From positions 15,639 through 79,638 of the forward strand of contig DAHWNL010000082.1 of assembly GCA_027339965.1 (NCBI GenBank): 64,000 bases of DNA. Direction: 5' to 3'. The translations under genes were made by a program, and so were the position numbers. Origin of the DNA: Granulicella sp. GTDB lineage: Bacteria > Acidobacteriota > Terriglobia > Terriglobales > Acidobacteriaceae. Shown here piece after piece: positions 48,184-59,319 of this stretch. Every line of letters begins with the position of its first letter. Position 1 is the first letter of the stretch. The notes beneath the pieces were generated by a model. It saw nothing but the letters and a program-made list of their open reading frames with translations. It searched no databases and was not told where the DNA came from.

Positions 48184-49374
48184 CTAGTTTTGCTGCCGCG
48201 TGGCGCCGCCGGCGGCTGCAACCACCAGGTCCGCGGCCTCCTTCATGGTGGCGCCCACCTGGAAGTTCAGCCCGGACTCCGCCAGGATCTTCCTTCCTTC
48301 TTCCACGTTGGTGCCCTCCAGCCGCAGGACGATGGGCAGAGAGACGTTCAGGTTTCGGGCCGCGTTCACCACGCCCTGCGCCAACACATCCACGCGCAGG
48401 ATTCCACCAAAGATATTGATGAAGATGGCCTTCACATTGGAGTCGCTCAGCAGGATGCCAAAGGCGTTCTCAATCTGTTCCTGCGAGGCTCCTCCGCCTA
48501 CATCGAGAAAGTTGGCCGGCGCGCCTCCGGCGTACTTGATGATGTCCATGGTGGCCATGGCCAGACCCGCGCCGTTCACCATGCAGGCGATGGAACCGTC
48601 CAGCTTGATGTAGTTCAGCGCGTACTTGCTGGCCTCCACCTCCAGGGGATCCTCCTCTGAGATGTCCCGCAACTCCCGCAGCATCTTGTGCCGGAACATG
48701 GCGTTGTCGTCGAAGTTCATCTTGCAGTCCAGCGCCAGCAGCTTGTGGTCTTTGGTGGAGATGAAGGGGTTGATCTCCATCAGGGTGCAGTCGGAGTCGA
48801 GGAAGGCCCGGTACATGCCCATCATGCACTTCACGGCTTCGCCGATCTGGCTGGGTTGCAGGCCGAGTTTGAAGGCCAGCTTCCTCGCCTGGTAAGGCTG
48901 AAATCCGGTTCTCGGATCCACGTATTCCTTGTAGATCTTCTCGGGTGTCTCGTGGGCGACCTCCTCAATCTCCATGCCCCCGGCCGGGGAGGCCATGAAC
49001 ACCACCTGGCCGGACGCTCTGTCCACCACTAATCCGAGATAGAGCTCGCGGTCGATGGCCGATCCAGCCTCAATCAGCAGACGGCGCACGCGCTGCCCTT
49101 GCGGTCCGGTCTGGTGGGTGACCAGTTGCATGCCCAGGATGGCCTTGGAAGCTGCCGCCGCCTCTTCCAACGTCTTGACCAGCTTGACCCCGCCGCCCTT
49201 GCCACGTCCACCGGCGTGAATCTGCGCCTTGACCACCACCACCTTGTGGCCGCTGGAAAAAAGTTGATCGGCTGCGGTGTAGGCCTGTTCCAGCGTGGTC
49301 GCCATCTCGCCTTCGGGAACCGCGACTCCAAAGTTGCGTAGTATCTCTTTCCCCTGGTATTCGTGGATCTTCAT
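48184..49374 (-). CDS. sucC: Succinyl-CoA synthetase beta subunit
   Basis: [24 protein letters not shown]. Confidence 0.97.
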   Translation of the reverse strand: MKIHEYQGKEILRNFGVAVPEGEMATTLEQAYTAADQLFSSGHKVVVVKAQIHAGGRGKGGGVKLVKTLEEAAAASKAILGMQLVTHQTGPQGQRVRRLLIEAGSAIDRELYLGLVVDRASGQVVFMASPAGGMEIEEVAHETPEKIYKEYVDPRTGFQPYQARKLAFKLGLQPSQIGEAVKCMMGMYRAFLDSDCTLMEINPFISTKDHKLLALDCKMNFDDNAMFRHKMLRELRDISEEDPLEVEASKYALNYIKLDGSIACMVNGAGLAMATMDIIKYAGGAPANFLDVGGGASQEQIENAFGILLSDSNVKAIFINIFGGILRVDVLAQGVVNAARNLNVSLPIVLRLEGTNVEEGRKILAESGLNFQVGATMKEAADLVVAAAGGATRQQN

Positions 49375-49555
49375 TCCATCTCCAGCGTCTCAAGTTGGGT
49401 GAAGGTGCGAGGCAGCACATCTTCAAGCTCCAAATGCTCATGAGTCCCATACAGTTCCGGTAAACGAAGCTGTGGGGCATCGCCTCATGCGGGCGAGGAC
49501 GCCGGTGGCGTCATCGCACTCTCTCTGCTCTTTGAATGATACGCTTGGAGGGGCG

Positions 49556-50599
49556 ATGCCCATCACCGACCATCTGCGCCGAATCCTCGAAGAACAACAG
49601 ATTCTTTCATTTGAGGAGGCATCGGCGTTGATGCGCGCCATCCTTGCCGGAGAGGCAAGTGAGATGGAGATGGCTGCCTTGCTGGGCGCGATGGCGGGAC
49701 GCGGAGAGACGTCCGGGGAGATCGCCGGCTTTGCCCGGACGCTGCGCGGCTCGGCAAAGATGCTTGCGCTCGACGACCAAGAGCGGGAGCATCTGGTGGA
49801 CACCTGCGGCACCGGTGGCGACTCCAGCGGCAGCTTCAACATCTCCACGGCCGCGGCGCTGATCGCCGCCGCAGCCGGGGCTCGCGTAGCCAAGCATGGG
49901 AATCGCGCCATCACCTCGCGCTGCGGCTCGGCGGACGTTCTGGAGGCGCTGGGAATTCCGATCGAACTTGAGCCTGACGCGGCCGTCCGCATGCTGCGCC
50001 GGCAGGGTTTCGCCTTTCTCCTGGCTCCGGCCCATCATCCTCAGCTCAGGGTGGTGGCTCCGGTGCGCAGGGCGCTGGGGGTGCGATCCGTCCTGCACAT
50101 CCTTGGTCCGCTGCTCAATCCAGCCGGCGCGCGCCGCCAGGTGATGGGCGTCTACCAGTCGCGGCTGGTTCCCCTGGTGGCGCAGGCGATGACGATGCTG
50201 GAGATTCGGCACGCCATGGTGGTGCATGGCGATGGGGGGCTGGATGAGCTGGCGATCTCCGGGCCCAGTGAAGTTGCCGAGGTGCGGAACGGAGTGATTC
50301 GGCAGTACACGCTCACGCCGGAGAGCTGCGGCCTTCAACGCGCTCCGCTGGCCGCCTTGCAGGGCGGGAACGCGGCCCGGAATGCGATCATCCTGACCGA
50401 GATCTTCGCCGGCCGGAAAGGTCCGCCCCGGGACGTGGCGGTGCTGAACGCCGCCGCGGTGCTGGTGGTTGCCGGGCTGGCCAAGGATCTGCCCAGCGGC
50501 GCCGGTCTGGCGGCGCATACCATCGATTGCGGAGCAGTCACCCGTCTGGTTCAGGACCTGCGCCGCGCAGCTGGTGCGGACCAGGCTGGTGCGCAGTGA
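49556..50599 (+). CDS. trpD: Anthranilate phosphoribosyltransferase
   Basis: DTCGTGGD, NISTAA, KHGNR, GSADVLEALG. Confidence 0.95.
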   Translation: MPITDHLRRILEEQQILSFEEASALMRAILAGEASEMEMAALLGAMAGRGETSGEIAGFARTLRGSAKMLALDDQEREHLVDTCGTGGDSSGSFNISTAAALIAAAAGARVAKHGNRAITSRCGSADVLEALGIPIELEPDAAVRMLRRQGFAFLLAPAHHPQLRVVAPVRRALGVRSVLHILGPLLNPAGARRQVMGVYQSRLVPLVAQAMTMLEIRHAMVVHGDGGLDELAISGPSEVAEVRNGVIRQYTLTPESCGLQRAPLAALQGGNAARNAIILTEIFAGRKGPPRDVAVLNAAAVLVVAGLAKDLPSGAGLAAHTIDCGAVTRLVQDLRRAAGADQAGAQ

Positions 50600-50626
50600 G
50601 GCGCCCTTTGCGAGAATGAACTCTGC

Positions 50627-51907
50627 ATGCCCACGCTGATCTCTCACGTCTCTTGGTCCGCCATCCTGCTGCCGTCTATTGTGGCCCTCAGCCTGCTGCT
50701 CATGCTGCTGCGTCCGTTGCAGGTGGCGGAGGCCTGGTGGGTTGGTGCAGGGGCGCTGCTGCTGATCGCGCTGGGCCAGACCTCGGTCAAGGCCGCGCTG
50801 CATGCCGTTGCCCAGGGCACGGATGTGTCCCTGTTCCTGATCGGCATGATGCTGCTTGCCGAGCTGGCGCGCAGCCACGGGGTCTTCGACTGGCTCGCTT
50901 CGCTGGCGATGCGGGACGCCAAAGGCTCCTGCTCGCGTCTGTTCGCCACGGTCACCCTGGTGGGCGTTCTGGTGACGGCGCTGCTCTCCAACGATGCCAC
51001 GGCCGTGGTGCTGACGCCGGCGATTCTGGCAGTGGTGCGCAAGGCGCGCTTGTCTCCTCTGCCGTATCTGTTTCTTTGCGCCCTGATGGCCAACGCAGCC
51101 AGCTTTGTTCTGCCCATCTCCAATCCCGCGAATCTGGTGGTCTTCCACGCCGGCATGCCTCCGCTGGTGCTGTGGCTGCGGTTGTTTGCGGTGCCGTCGT
51201 TGGCGGCCATCGGGATGACCTTCGCCGTGCTGCGGGTGATGTTCCGCAAGCAGTTGGACGGCGCCATTCAGGAGCAGGTGGAGCGGGTGACGCTCAGCGC
51301 CGGGGGAAGGCTGGTCCTGTGGGGGCTGGGGCTGGTGATCCTGGTGCTGCTGGCAGCCTCCGCGCTGCGGATGGAGCTGGGCCTGCCCACGCTGCTGGCT
51401 GGGCTGGCGATCGCCGCCGCTGCCTCGCTCTATGAGCGGAGAGATCCGCGGCCGCTGTTGCGGGAGGTAAGCTGGAGCACGATTCTGCTGGTGGCCGGCC
51501 TGTTTGTGCTGGTCAACGTAGCGGAGGCTCACGGGGCCTTGAAGATCATGCAGGGTTGGCTGGTGGAGGCGCAGCGCCTGCCTGACGGTGCTGCGGCCAT
51601 GGCCGTAGGGCTGGCGCTGGGCGTGTTCAACAATCTGGTGAACAATCTGCCTTTGGGGCTGATCGCCGGCGGCGCGGTTCAGGCGGCGCACGCGCATGGA
51701 TTGATGGCCCAGGCGGCGATGTTGGGCATCGACCTGGGGCCGAACCTCTCTGTGACCGGATCGCTGGCGACGATTCTGTGGCTCACCGCGCTGCGCAGGG
51801 AGGGGATCGAAATGAGTGGGTGGACGTTTTTCAAGCTGGGCATGGTGGCCATGCCGCTGGCCCTGGCCGCGGCACTGGGCAGCGCCGTGGCGATGGCGGG
51901 GCGATAG
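50627..51907 (+). CDS. ArsB/NhaD-family transporter
   Basis: LSNDATAVVLTP, PISNPANL, NNLP, GSLATILW. Confidence 0.88.
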   Translation: MPTLISHVSWSAILLPSIVALSLLLMLLRPLQVAEAWWVGAGALLLIALGQTSVKAALHAVAQGTDVSLFLIGMMLLAELARSHGVFDWLASLAMRDAKGSCSRLFATVTLVGVLVTALLSNDATAVVLTPAILAVVRKARLSPLPYLFLCALMANAASFVLPISNPANLVVFHAGMPPLVLWLRLFAVPSLAAIGMTFAVLRVMFRKQLDGAIQEQVERVTLSAGGRLVLWGLGLVILVLLAASALRMELGLPTLLAGLAIAAAASLYERRDPRPLLREVSWSTILLVAGLFVLVNVAEAHGALKIMQGWLVEAQRLPDGAAAMAVGLALGVFNNLVNNLPLGLIAGGAVQAAHAHGLMAQAAMLGIDLGPNLSVTGSLATILWLTALRREGIEMSGWTFFKLGMVAMPLALAAALGSAVAMAGR

Positions 51908-51920
51908 GTTTGCGCGGCCG

Positions 51921-52526
51921 CTACAGCGCGGGCAGCTTGAGCTGCTCCGAGACTTGCCTCTCCACAAAAGGATGGAAGTGGGCCCGGCAGCGCGCTTCAT
52001 AGAGACCCGCGGCTCCCACCACCACCAGCTCGCGGCTGTGGCTCAGGCGCTGGGTATGAATGGCTGCGGCTCCGCAGACCATGCAGACCGCGGAGAGCTT
52101 GGTCACCGTGTCGGCGATGGCCATCAGGTTGGGCACCGGGCCAAAGGGCTCCCCGGCAAAGGTGGTGTCCAGGCCCGCCATGATCACCCGTTTGCCCAGG
52201 GCGATCAGTTGCGTCGCCAGGGCAAGGATGGCGGCGGGGAAGAACTGGACCTCATCGACGCCAATCACGTCGGCTTGGTCCAGTTGCGGATAGAGGGCGG
52301 CCCGCAGATCTTCCAGGCTGGCGACCGGAGTCGCTTCATGGGTCAGGGAGCTGTGGCTGGCGATGGAGGTCTGGTGATAGCGGTGATCGATGTCCGGCTT
52401 GAAGCAGAGAGCCCGCTGGCGGGCGATGCGGGCGCGCTTGAGGCGGCGGATCAACTCCTCGCTCTTGCCGGAGAACATCGGGCCGGTGATCACTTCCAGA
52501 ACCCCGGGAGTTTGTGAATCCGCCAT
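51921..52526 (-). CDS. tdk: Thymidine kinase
   Basis: GPMFSGKSEEL, VDEVQF, YEARCRAH. Confidence 0.95.
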   Translation of the reverse strand: MADSQTPGVLEVITGPMFSGKSEELIRRLKRARIARQRALCFKPDIDHRYHQTSIASHSSLTHEATPVASLEDLRAALYPQLDQADVIGVDEVQFFPAAILALATQLIALGKRVIMAGLDTTFAGEPFGPVPNLMAIADTVTKLSAVCMVCGAAAIHTQRLSHSRELVVVGAAGLYEARCRAHFHPFVERQVSEQLKLPAL

Positions 52527-52614
52527 ATCAGGGCCTATCTTAACTTGCAGGCCAACGGTGGATAACTGGATAATCCGGGCGCGCCCGGCGGAGGCTTTCC
52601 AAGGAGGTTTCCCG

Positions 52615-53235
52615 ATGCGAAGGAATCGGCTGTGGCTCCGACTGCTGCTGGCCACGGTTGGGGTCTCGGTTGTGGCCACGGGTCTGGCCACGGGTCTGGC
52701 GGCGGGTCTGGCCACGGGTCTGGCGGCGGCTGCGCAGGTCCCGGCCGGGCCCAAGAAGATCCCCAATAAGATCAAGGTGCGGCTGATCAACTCCTACGGG
52801 CAGGATGCCGGCTATGCCACCTTCCAGACCGTCAAGAAAGGGGTGAAGGTTCACCTCGCTCTCCAGAACGTGCGCTTTGGCGAGCACGCTATCATCCTTC
52901 ACGAGAATCCGGTCTGCGACCGACCGGACTTCGAGGGTGCCGGAGGGCACTTCAATCCGAGTGGAAAGGAGCATGGATTTCTCAATCCCAAGGGACATCA
53001 CAATGGAGACTTCCCCGGGGGGATCTCCATCGATGAGGATCATCAGGGCGAGGCGACGTACATTTTGAGCACGATCTCTCTGGATCCCAATGCTCCGGAC
53101 TCGCTCTTTCGCCACGGCGGAACATCCATCGTCATCCACCGCCGGCCCGATGATCAGAGGACTGATCCCTACGGAGATACCGGCAACCGGATCGCCTGCG
53201 GAGTGATCAAGCCGGAGCCGCAGCCGGAGCCGTAG
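52615..53235 (+). CDS. sodC: Cu/Zn superoxide dismutase-family protein
   Basis: AGGHFNP, GHHNGD, VIH..PDD, GNRIACG; signal peptide with 12-bp repeats. Confidence 0.8.
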   Translation: MRRNRLWLRLLLATVGVSVVATGLATGLAAGLATGLAAAAQVPAGPKKIPNKIKVRLINSYGQDAGYATFQTVKKGVKVHLALQNVRFGEHAIILHENPVCDRPDFEGAGGHFNPSGKEHGFLNPKGHHNGDFPGGISIDEDHQGEATYILSTISLDPNAPDSLFRHGGTSIVIHRRPDDQRTDPYGDTGNRIACGVIKPEPQPEP

Positions 53236-53268
53236 CCGCGACCTCAGCCGGCGTCAGGCGGCCTTTGC

Positions 53269-53294
53269 GGAACCGGACGGGCCAGCCGTGCGTA
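53269..53294 (+). promoter_or_regulatory. ECF-type promoter (probably autoregulatory)
   Basis: GGAACC-N16-CGTA just upstream of ECF sigma gene. Confidence 0.65.
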
Positions 53295-53303
53295 TGGGAA
53301 ACT

Positions 53304-54200
53304 ATGGCGGCTGCAACCATTCCGGCGGATGTGCCCGGGCGGGACAGAGTCCTTCAGGTGCGGGCGGCTGTGCCGCCGGGCCAGGCGGCACAGCGGACGA
53401 GCGCGCTTTTGAGGGCGGGGAACAGGACGGCGGCCGGGGAGAGGAAGCCACAGGTCCAGCCGCAGGATCAGGAGATTCTCCCCCGGAGCCTTGTGGAGGA
53501 GGCATACATGCCGCCTGAAGAGCCAGAGCAGCGCTCCCGGACGCAGGCTTTCCGACCTGTTCAGTCTGGCGCGCCGGCGCAGTCTGGCCGGGTCGCTCTG
53601 GAGACCGAACAGAGGGCGCTGGCCGCTCTGGTCAGGCGCTGTCTGGAGGGAGACTCCGGCGCATGGGAGCAACTGGCGCGGTCGCAGCAGCGCAGAGTGT
53701 ATGCCATTTGCTACCGCTTTACCGGCTCGCAGAGCGAAGCCGAGGATCTGACCCAGGAGGCGCTTCTCAAGATGTATCGCAACCTGGAAAGTTTTGATGC
53801 GGAGCGGGGTGGCTTTACCACCTGGCTGACCACCCTGACCCGGAACATGCTGGTGGATCACTACCGGCGATCGCGCATGGACCGCGCCAGCGACTCGCTG
53901 GATGAGAGCCAGGAGGGCGGAGAGGATGGCCCGCGCAAGGTGCACCGGCTGGCCGATGGAGGAAGAAGCCCGGAGCAGCAGTTGGCGGGCGTCGAGCTGC
54001 GCGCCCAGATTCAGAAGGCCCTGGGGCGCCTGTCTCCGGAGCTGCGCGAGGCGGTGATTTTGCGCGATCTTCAGGAGATGGATTACAAAGAGATTGCCGC
54101 CGTCCTGGGGGTTCCGCAGGGAACGGTGAAGAGCCGGATCAGCCGGGGAAGAGGCGAACTGGCCCGGTTGCTGCGCTGTTTCGAAGGGCAGGTGATGTAA
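53304..54200 (+). CDS. ECF sigma factor
   Basis: AEDLTQE, FTTWL, YKEIAAVLGVPQGTVKSRISRGR; alternative start 53508. Confidence 0.92.
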   Translation: MAAATIPADVPGRDRVLQVRAAVPPGQAAQRTSALLRAGNRTAAGERKPQVQPQDQEILPRSLVEEAYMPPEEPEQRSRTQAFRPVQSGAPAQSGRVALETEQRALAALVRRCLEGDSGAWEQLARSQQRRVYAICYRFTGSQSEAEDLTQEALLKMYRNLESFDAERGGFTTWLTTLTRNMLVDHYRRSRMDRASDSLDESQEGGEDGPRKVHRLADGGRSPEQQLAGVELRAQIQKALGRLSPELREAVILRDLQEMDYKEIAAVLGVPQGTVKSRISRGRGELARLLRCFEGQVM

Positions 54201-55040
54201 GTGGCGAAGAGAGGCCAATTCCAGCCGGAGAGCACGCAGGCGCAGGGCGAGGAGCACCTTCCGAAGGCTTGCCGGATGTGCCGGACCTTGCTGGCGGAGG
54301 CGATCGACGGCGCGCTGCAGGGGGCCGAGCGGACGGTCTTTGAGCGGCACATCGCCGGTTGCGCGGCCTGCCGGAGCGAACTGGCGGAGGCGCAGCGCGG
54401 CGAGGCGTGGCTGAGCCTGCTGAAGAGCCAGATGCTGGAGCCGCCAGCCGATCTGCTGGCCAGAGTTCTTGCCGTGACCAGCGCAGCCGGCGCCCAGGCC
54501 CAGGGCGAGCACTCCGCCCCCAGGGTAGCTCCGGCCAAGCCGCAGCGGGAGCCCGTTGCCGGGACGGCGCTGCTGCCCGGGCCGGATCCGGGCTGCTCCG
54601 GGCGCGGGGCTGGAGCGGTGGCGCCGGGTTCCTTGCTGAGTCTGGACGGAACCGAGAATGCAGAGGAGCCGGCCTTTGGCCGGCTCCGCAGGACGCGGGG
54701 CCTGGCAACAAAAAGCCTGGAGGCCCGCAGCTTGACCCAGCGCGCCCAGGCGCACTTGGCGTCGCTGTGGGCGATGCCGGCGCAGCCCCGCCTGGCGATG
54801 ACGGTGGCGATGGCCTTTTTCTCCATCGCCCTGACATGGAATCTGATCGGGGTGCGATTGCGAGATCTGAGGACCGGGAACCTGAGTCTCTCTGCGCTCA
54901 AGCGGACTGTGGCGGATGCTGATGCGAGCGCGGCCCGGTTGTTCCAGAACAATCGCGCGGTGTATCAGATGGAGTCGCAGCTCAACGAGTTGCGCAGTGA
55001 AGACGAGATGAACGGCGAGTCTCCGGACCAGCGCCGGTAG
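54201..55040 (+). CDS. Zinc-finger (HxxxCxxC) anti-sigma factor
   Basis: HIAGCAAC plus single TM helix. Confidence 0.85.
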   Translation: MAKRGQFQPESTQAQGEEHLPKACRMCRTLLAEAIDGALQGAERTVFERHIAGCAACRSELAEAQRGEAWLSLLKSQMLEPPADLLARVLAVTSAAGAQAQGEHSAPRVAPAKPQREPVAGTALLPGPDPGCSGRGAGAVAPGSLLSLDGTENAEEPAFGRLRRTRGLATKSLEARSLTQRAQAHLASLWAMPAQPRLAMTVAMAFFSIALTWNLIGVRLRDLRTGNLSLSALKRTVADADASAARLFQNNRAVYQMESQLNELRSEDEMNGESPDQRR

Positions 55041-55231
55041 AGGGAGAACAGGAGCGAGAGACCCGGCGGGCTGGAATCGAACCCCGCCGGCCGGAGAGGA
55101 ATTCAAACCGAGTGGGGAGGCCGGGTGGAGAAGCAGCGGGCCGACGGGAGGAGCCGGACTCCCGAAAGCGAAACCCAGAAGCGAAACCCAGAAGCGAAAC
55201 CCTGAAATGGAGAACAGAAGGACTGGCGAGC

Positions 55232-56749
55232 ATGGACAACGATCCTGGCAAAATCGACGAGCAGAGCGCTCCCGAGATCGCAGGCGGCAGCGCCGGCGCT
55301 CCGGCCGCGCCGGATGCAGCGGCTGTGCGAGCCGGCTTCTGCCAGGACTGCGGATCTTCCCTGACCGAGCTGACGGTGCGCCGCGTGGGGGGGGGTGTCT
55401 TCTGCGAACCTTGCCTGACGGCACGGGTGGTGGCGGGCTCGCCCATCGGCGCCGCCCCCATCAGCGCTGCCCCCACGGTTCCGGGCGATGAGCCGCGGCC
55501 TGCGCTGGCCGCCGTTCTGGGCTTCATCCCCGGGGTGGGGGCGATGTATAACGGCCAGTTCGTCAAAGGCATCGTGCATCTGGCGATCTTTGTGATGCTC
55601 ACGTTTGTGGCCAACAATGTGAGCGGTCTGGGGTGGATCTTTTGTTGGGGATGGATCTTCTACATGGCCTTTGAGGCCTATCACACGGCTGTGGCCCGGC
55701 GCGATGGCTTGCCGCTACCCAATGCCTTTGGCTTCAACGATCTTGGCGAACGGATGAACCTGGACAAAAACTGGAGCGGAGTCGCGCCCGCGCCGCCGGC
55801 TCCGCCCGCGGCGAATGCCGCGTCCTCGACCGGTTACCCCGCGCCGGGCTCGGGCTGGGCTGCCGCGGAGACTCCGGCTGCGCCGTCGACGGCCTACCCT
55901 CCTACTCCGGCTGTGCCGCCGGCTACCTCCGCGGCGCTGAACCCAACTCCGGCGAGTATGGCTCCCATGAGTGCGGCTCCGGGCTGGACCGGCTATGTGT
56001 CTCCGTCGGCTTTTGCGGCGCCGAACCGGGTAGTTCCGCCGGCTTCCATGCCCGCTGCGGGGTCGGGAGCCGCGGGTCCGCAGGGGGCAAGCGGGTGGGG
56101 GCAGCCGGCCTACGCTGACACGTTTACCGGCGCGGAGCAAGGCTATGCCGCCGGCGCGGGAGCGCAGAGTTTCCCTGCGCCGCCGGGCCGGCGGGTTCCG
56201 GCAGGCGCCCTGTGGCTGATCGGGCTGGGAGTGCTCATCCTGCTCGCCAACCTTCTGCCGGACTGGAGGGTGAACGACTGGTGGGCGCCGCTGTTCTTCG
56301 CTGGTCTCTCGATCTGGGTGCTGGTTCGCCGTCTGCGCCTCCGGGGCCGGATGTTGAACGCCATCCGTCTGCCCATTCTGCTGCTGGCGCTGGCGGTGCT
56401 GCTGGCGCTGCACGCGGCCAACGTCGCGGTCAGCGGCGGCGTCTCGGCCGCCGTCCTGCTGATTTTGCTGGGCGCGCTGATGTTGCTGGAGCGGCTGGGG
56501 AGCGCGGGCGGTCCCAAGGTGGGATCCAGGGTGGGATTCGGCTCTGCGGCGGCGGGATCCGGCGATGCGCCGCCTGGGCGGGGCGGGAGCTGGAACCGTG
56601 CGGCGGATGCGAACTCCCCCGGAGAGAGCGTGCCGGGCACAGAGGATCTTCCGGCCCGGGCGGAGTGGGCCAAGCCGGAGGCTGGGAGCTCGCAGACGGA
56701 TCCGGCCGCTCGCCCGGGCGGGTCGGCCGCGGGGCAGGGATCCCAATGA
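55232..56749 (+). CDS. B-box-like zinc finger / LiaF-LiaI-like membrane protein
   Basis: CQDCG...FCEPC, IPGVGAMYNGQ, ALWLIGLG TM segments. Confidence 0.75.
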   Translation: MDNDPGKIDEQSAPEIAGGSAGAPAAPDAAAVRAGFCQDCGSSLTELTVRRVGGGVFCEPCLTARVVAGSPIGAAPISAAPTVPGDEPRPALAAVLGFIPGVGAMYNGQFVKGIVHLAIFVMLTFVANNVSGLGWIFCWGWIFYMAFEAYHTAVARRDGLPLPNAFGFNDLGERMNLDKNWSGVAPAPPAPPAANAASSTGYPAPGSGWAAAETPAAPSTAYPPTPAVPPATSAALNPTPASMAPMSAAPGWTGYVSPSAFAAPNRVVPPASMPAAGSGAAGPQGASGWGQPAYADTFTGAEQGYAAGAGAQSFPAPPGRRVPAGALWLIGLGVLILLANLLPDWRVNDWWAPLFFAGLSIWVLVRRLRLRGRMLNAIRLPILLLALAVLLALHAANVAVSGGVSAAVLLILLGALMLLERLGSAGGPKVGSRVGFGSAAAGSGDAPPGRGGSWNRAADANSPGESVPGTEDLPARAEWAKPEAGSSQTDPAARPGGSAAGQGSQ

Positions 56750-58479
56750 GCGCTCAGCCGCCGCCCCAGCCGCCCCAGGGGCCGTATGCGCCGGGCTACA
56801 GCCGTGAAGCGCTGCGCGCCCAGCGGCAGATGCTGCGGGCTCAGGCGCGGATGGAGCAGCAACGGCAACGCGCTCTGCGCTGCCAGATGCGCGAGCATCA
56901 CCGCCAGCAGCGGCGAGCGCAGAAGCGTGGATCCATCGTCGCGCCGCTGCTGATCCTGGCCCTGGGCGTCACCCTTCTTCTCTCCGAGCTGGGCCGGATC
57001 CGCTGGGTCGCTGCCCTGCGCTGGTATGGCCTCTGGTGGCCGGTGGTGATGATCGGCGCGGGTGTGATTCTGCTGCTGGAATGGATGGTCGATCAAGGGA
57101 TCTTCCAACGGATCTTCGCCTCGAAGAGCTTGCCCGCTTCGTCCCCTGGAGCATCCTCGCTCCCCGGGGATGAGACGAGCTGGGCCGCGCCTGGCGGCCA
57201 GGGGCGCGCGCTGAGCGGCGGGCTCATTTTTCTTCTGGTTCTGCTGGCGCTGGCCGGTGTGGGCGTGCGTTTGCTCTGCAGCCCGCTGGCAGAGGCTCTT
57301 GCTTGGCGGAACGACACTCTGGCGGACGGATCTTCCTGGCTTTCCTCTCTGTTCGGCGAGCGCTACGACGCAGATAGTTCGCTGGCCGGCGCGATCCCGC
57401 AGGGAACCGCGCTGATGATTCACGACCCGCGCGGCGATGTTACGGTCTCCGGCTCCAGCAGTGACGGGCAGGTGCATGTCAACGTGCATGCCGAGGCGCA
57501 TGCCTGGGATCAGGCGCGGGGGCAGCGAAAGATCCGGGCGCTGCAACCGGTCTTTGCCGCGCAGAACGGCGTGCTCAGCCTCAACGGCAACGATGTCGAG
57601 GGCGGTCAGGCGGACCTTACCGTGACGCTTCCTCACGGAGCAGCCGTCACCATTGTGGCCGACCATGGCGATGTGACCGTCAATGAAACCTCTGGAGCGG
57701 TGACGGTCTCCGCCAGGCACGGGGATGTGGATGTCAGCGGAGTGAACAACAGCGTCACCCTGCATATGAACGATGATGATGCCAGCCTTAGCCTGCACCG
57801 CATCCATGGGCCGGTGGTGGTCGAGGGGCACTGCGGAGATATTGACATCTCCGAGGTCGACGGAGACCTGACCCTGCAGGGTGATTTCTTCGGCTCGACG
57901 GATCTGGAGCACATCGCTGGAGCCATTCGCTTTGAGACCAGCCGGACGCAGTTCAGCGCCGCGCGCCTGGAGGACGAGTTCGATGTGGACAGCGACAGCC
58001 TGGACGCAAGCCAACTGCTCGGACCCGTGGTGGTGAAGACGGTCGACAAAAATATCACGCTGGATCGCGTGCAGGGTGCTGTCGAGATCTCGGACCGCAA
58101 CGGTTCGGTGGAGTTGACGCATCCTGCGCCGCTGGACGTGCTCTCGATTGAAAATCATGATGGCTCGGTCGACGTCGATTTGCCGGGCGGCGCCGGCTTC
58201 AGCCTGGATGCGCGGACTCGCAATGGAGAGATGGAGAACGACTTTGGCCTGACCGCGCAGAGGACGGCGGGCGCGAGCACGCTACAGGGCCAGGTGGCGG
58301 GGGGTGGACCCACCGTGACCATCTCCACCACCGATGGAGACGTGACCCTACGGCGAAGTTCGGTGGCCCCGCTGCCACCGGTGGCTGTGGATCGGCAAAC
58401 TGCGCCGCGAACGGACGTTGCGCCGCGGGCTGGAGGAACTCGGCGGAGAGTTTGTGCAGGGCTTGCGGTATGTCTGTAG
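56746..58479 (+). CDS. DUF4097 beta-strand-repeat (LiaG-like) membrane protein; 3' end fused to IS remnant
   Basis: WWPVVMIGAG, repeated GDV.V units; last ~30 codons read through ISL3 DNA. Confidence 0.8.
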   Translation: MSAQPPPQPPQGPYAPGYSREALRAQRQMLRAQARMEQQRQRALRCQMREHHRQQRRAQKRGSIVAPLLILALGVTLLLSELGRIRWVAALRWYGLWWPVVMIGAGVILLLEWMVDQGIFQRIFASKSLPASSPGASSLPGDETSWAAPGGQGRALSGGLIFLLVLLALAGVGVRLLCSPLAEALAWRNDTLADGSSWLSSLFGERYDADSSLAGAIPQGTALMIHDPRGDVTVSGSSSDGQVHVNVHAEAHAWDQARGQRKIRALQPVFAAQNGVLSLNGNDVEGGQADLTVTLPHGAAVTIVADHGDVTVNETSGAVTVSARHGDVDVSGVNNSVTLHMNDDDASLSLHRIHGPVVVEGHCGDIDISEVDGDLTLQGDFFGSTDLEHIAGAIRFETSRTQFSAARLEDEFDVDSDSLDASQLLGPVVVKTVDKNITLDRVQGAVEISDRNGSVELTHPAPLDVLSIENHDGSVDVDLPGGAGFSLDARTRNGEMENDFGLTAQRTAGASTLQGQVAGGGPTVTISTTDGDVTLRRSSVAPLPPVAVDRQTAPRTDVAPRAGGTRRRVCAGLAVCL

Positions 58480-59097
58480 CGACATGTGGAAGCCGTATCT
58501 GAAGGTGCTTGCCGAGGAAGCCGGCCAGGCGCTGAATGTGCTGGACCGGTTTCACATCACCCAGCATCTGAATAAGGCCGTCGATGAGGTGCGCCGGGCC
58601 GAGAGCAACTGGCTGCGTGCGCACAGCCGCGAAGAGGCACAGAAGCTCAAGCACATGCGCTGGCCGCTGCTGCGCAAGGGCAGCCGGGTACGAGGCAAGG
58701 CGCGAAGCGGGCTGAACGCGCTGCTGGCCAGCAAGCTGGCGACGGCCCGGGCCTGGGAACTGAAGGAGGCCTTCGGGCAGTTCTGGAAGTACAAGTTGCT
58801 TCTCTGGGCCGGAGGATTCCTGGATGTCTGGTGCGAGCGGGCCATGCGCAGCCGGCTGGACCCGATGAAGAAGAAGGTGGCGCGTATGCTGCGGGCTCAC
58901 GAGCCCCTGCTGATGAACTGGTTCCGTGCCCGAGGAGAGCTTTCCAGCGCCGCCGTCGAAGGTCTCAACAACAAAGTCCGAGTGATCACCAGACGATCTA
59001 CGGTTTTCGCACCTACAAGGGCATCGAACTTGCGCTCTAACCCACACTTGGACGATTGCCTGAAACGGAAACGACCCACAGATTCTGCTGACGAGGC
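58383..59097 (+). pseudogene. ISL3-family transposase, 5'-truncated and frameshifted
   Basis: CSDMWKPY, LDRFHI, VEGLNNK; RRS/YGFRTY frameshift near 58995. Confidence 0.88.
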
Positions 59098-59319
59098 GCA
59101 TTTTCAACATGTTCACGCATAGCAACCACCGCGTTTACACCGAACCACCACCGAAGGCTGGTTTTTCCTCTAGCCGCTGATTCCAAGCATGTTCACCCAC
59201 AGCAACCCGTAAACACCAGTGTTTTCGCGGTAGCTGGCTGTAGGCTGCTCATTCCATTGTGGTTCCCGCAGAGGAGCTTTAAGTTCCTCCACAGCCCCCT
59301 TTCGGGGGTCACGTGTCCC

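Noticed and set aside
49607..52000. 797-aa minus-strand ORF
   Set aside because: Antisense to trpD and the ArsB-like transporter
53244..55424. 726-aa minus-strand ORF
   Set aside because: Antisense to ECF sigma and anti-sigma genes
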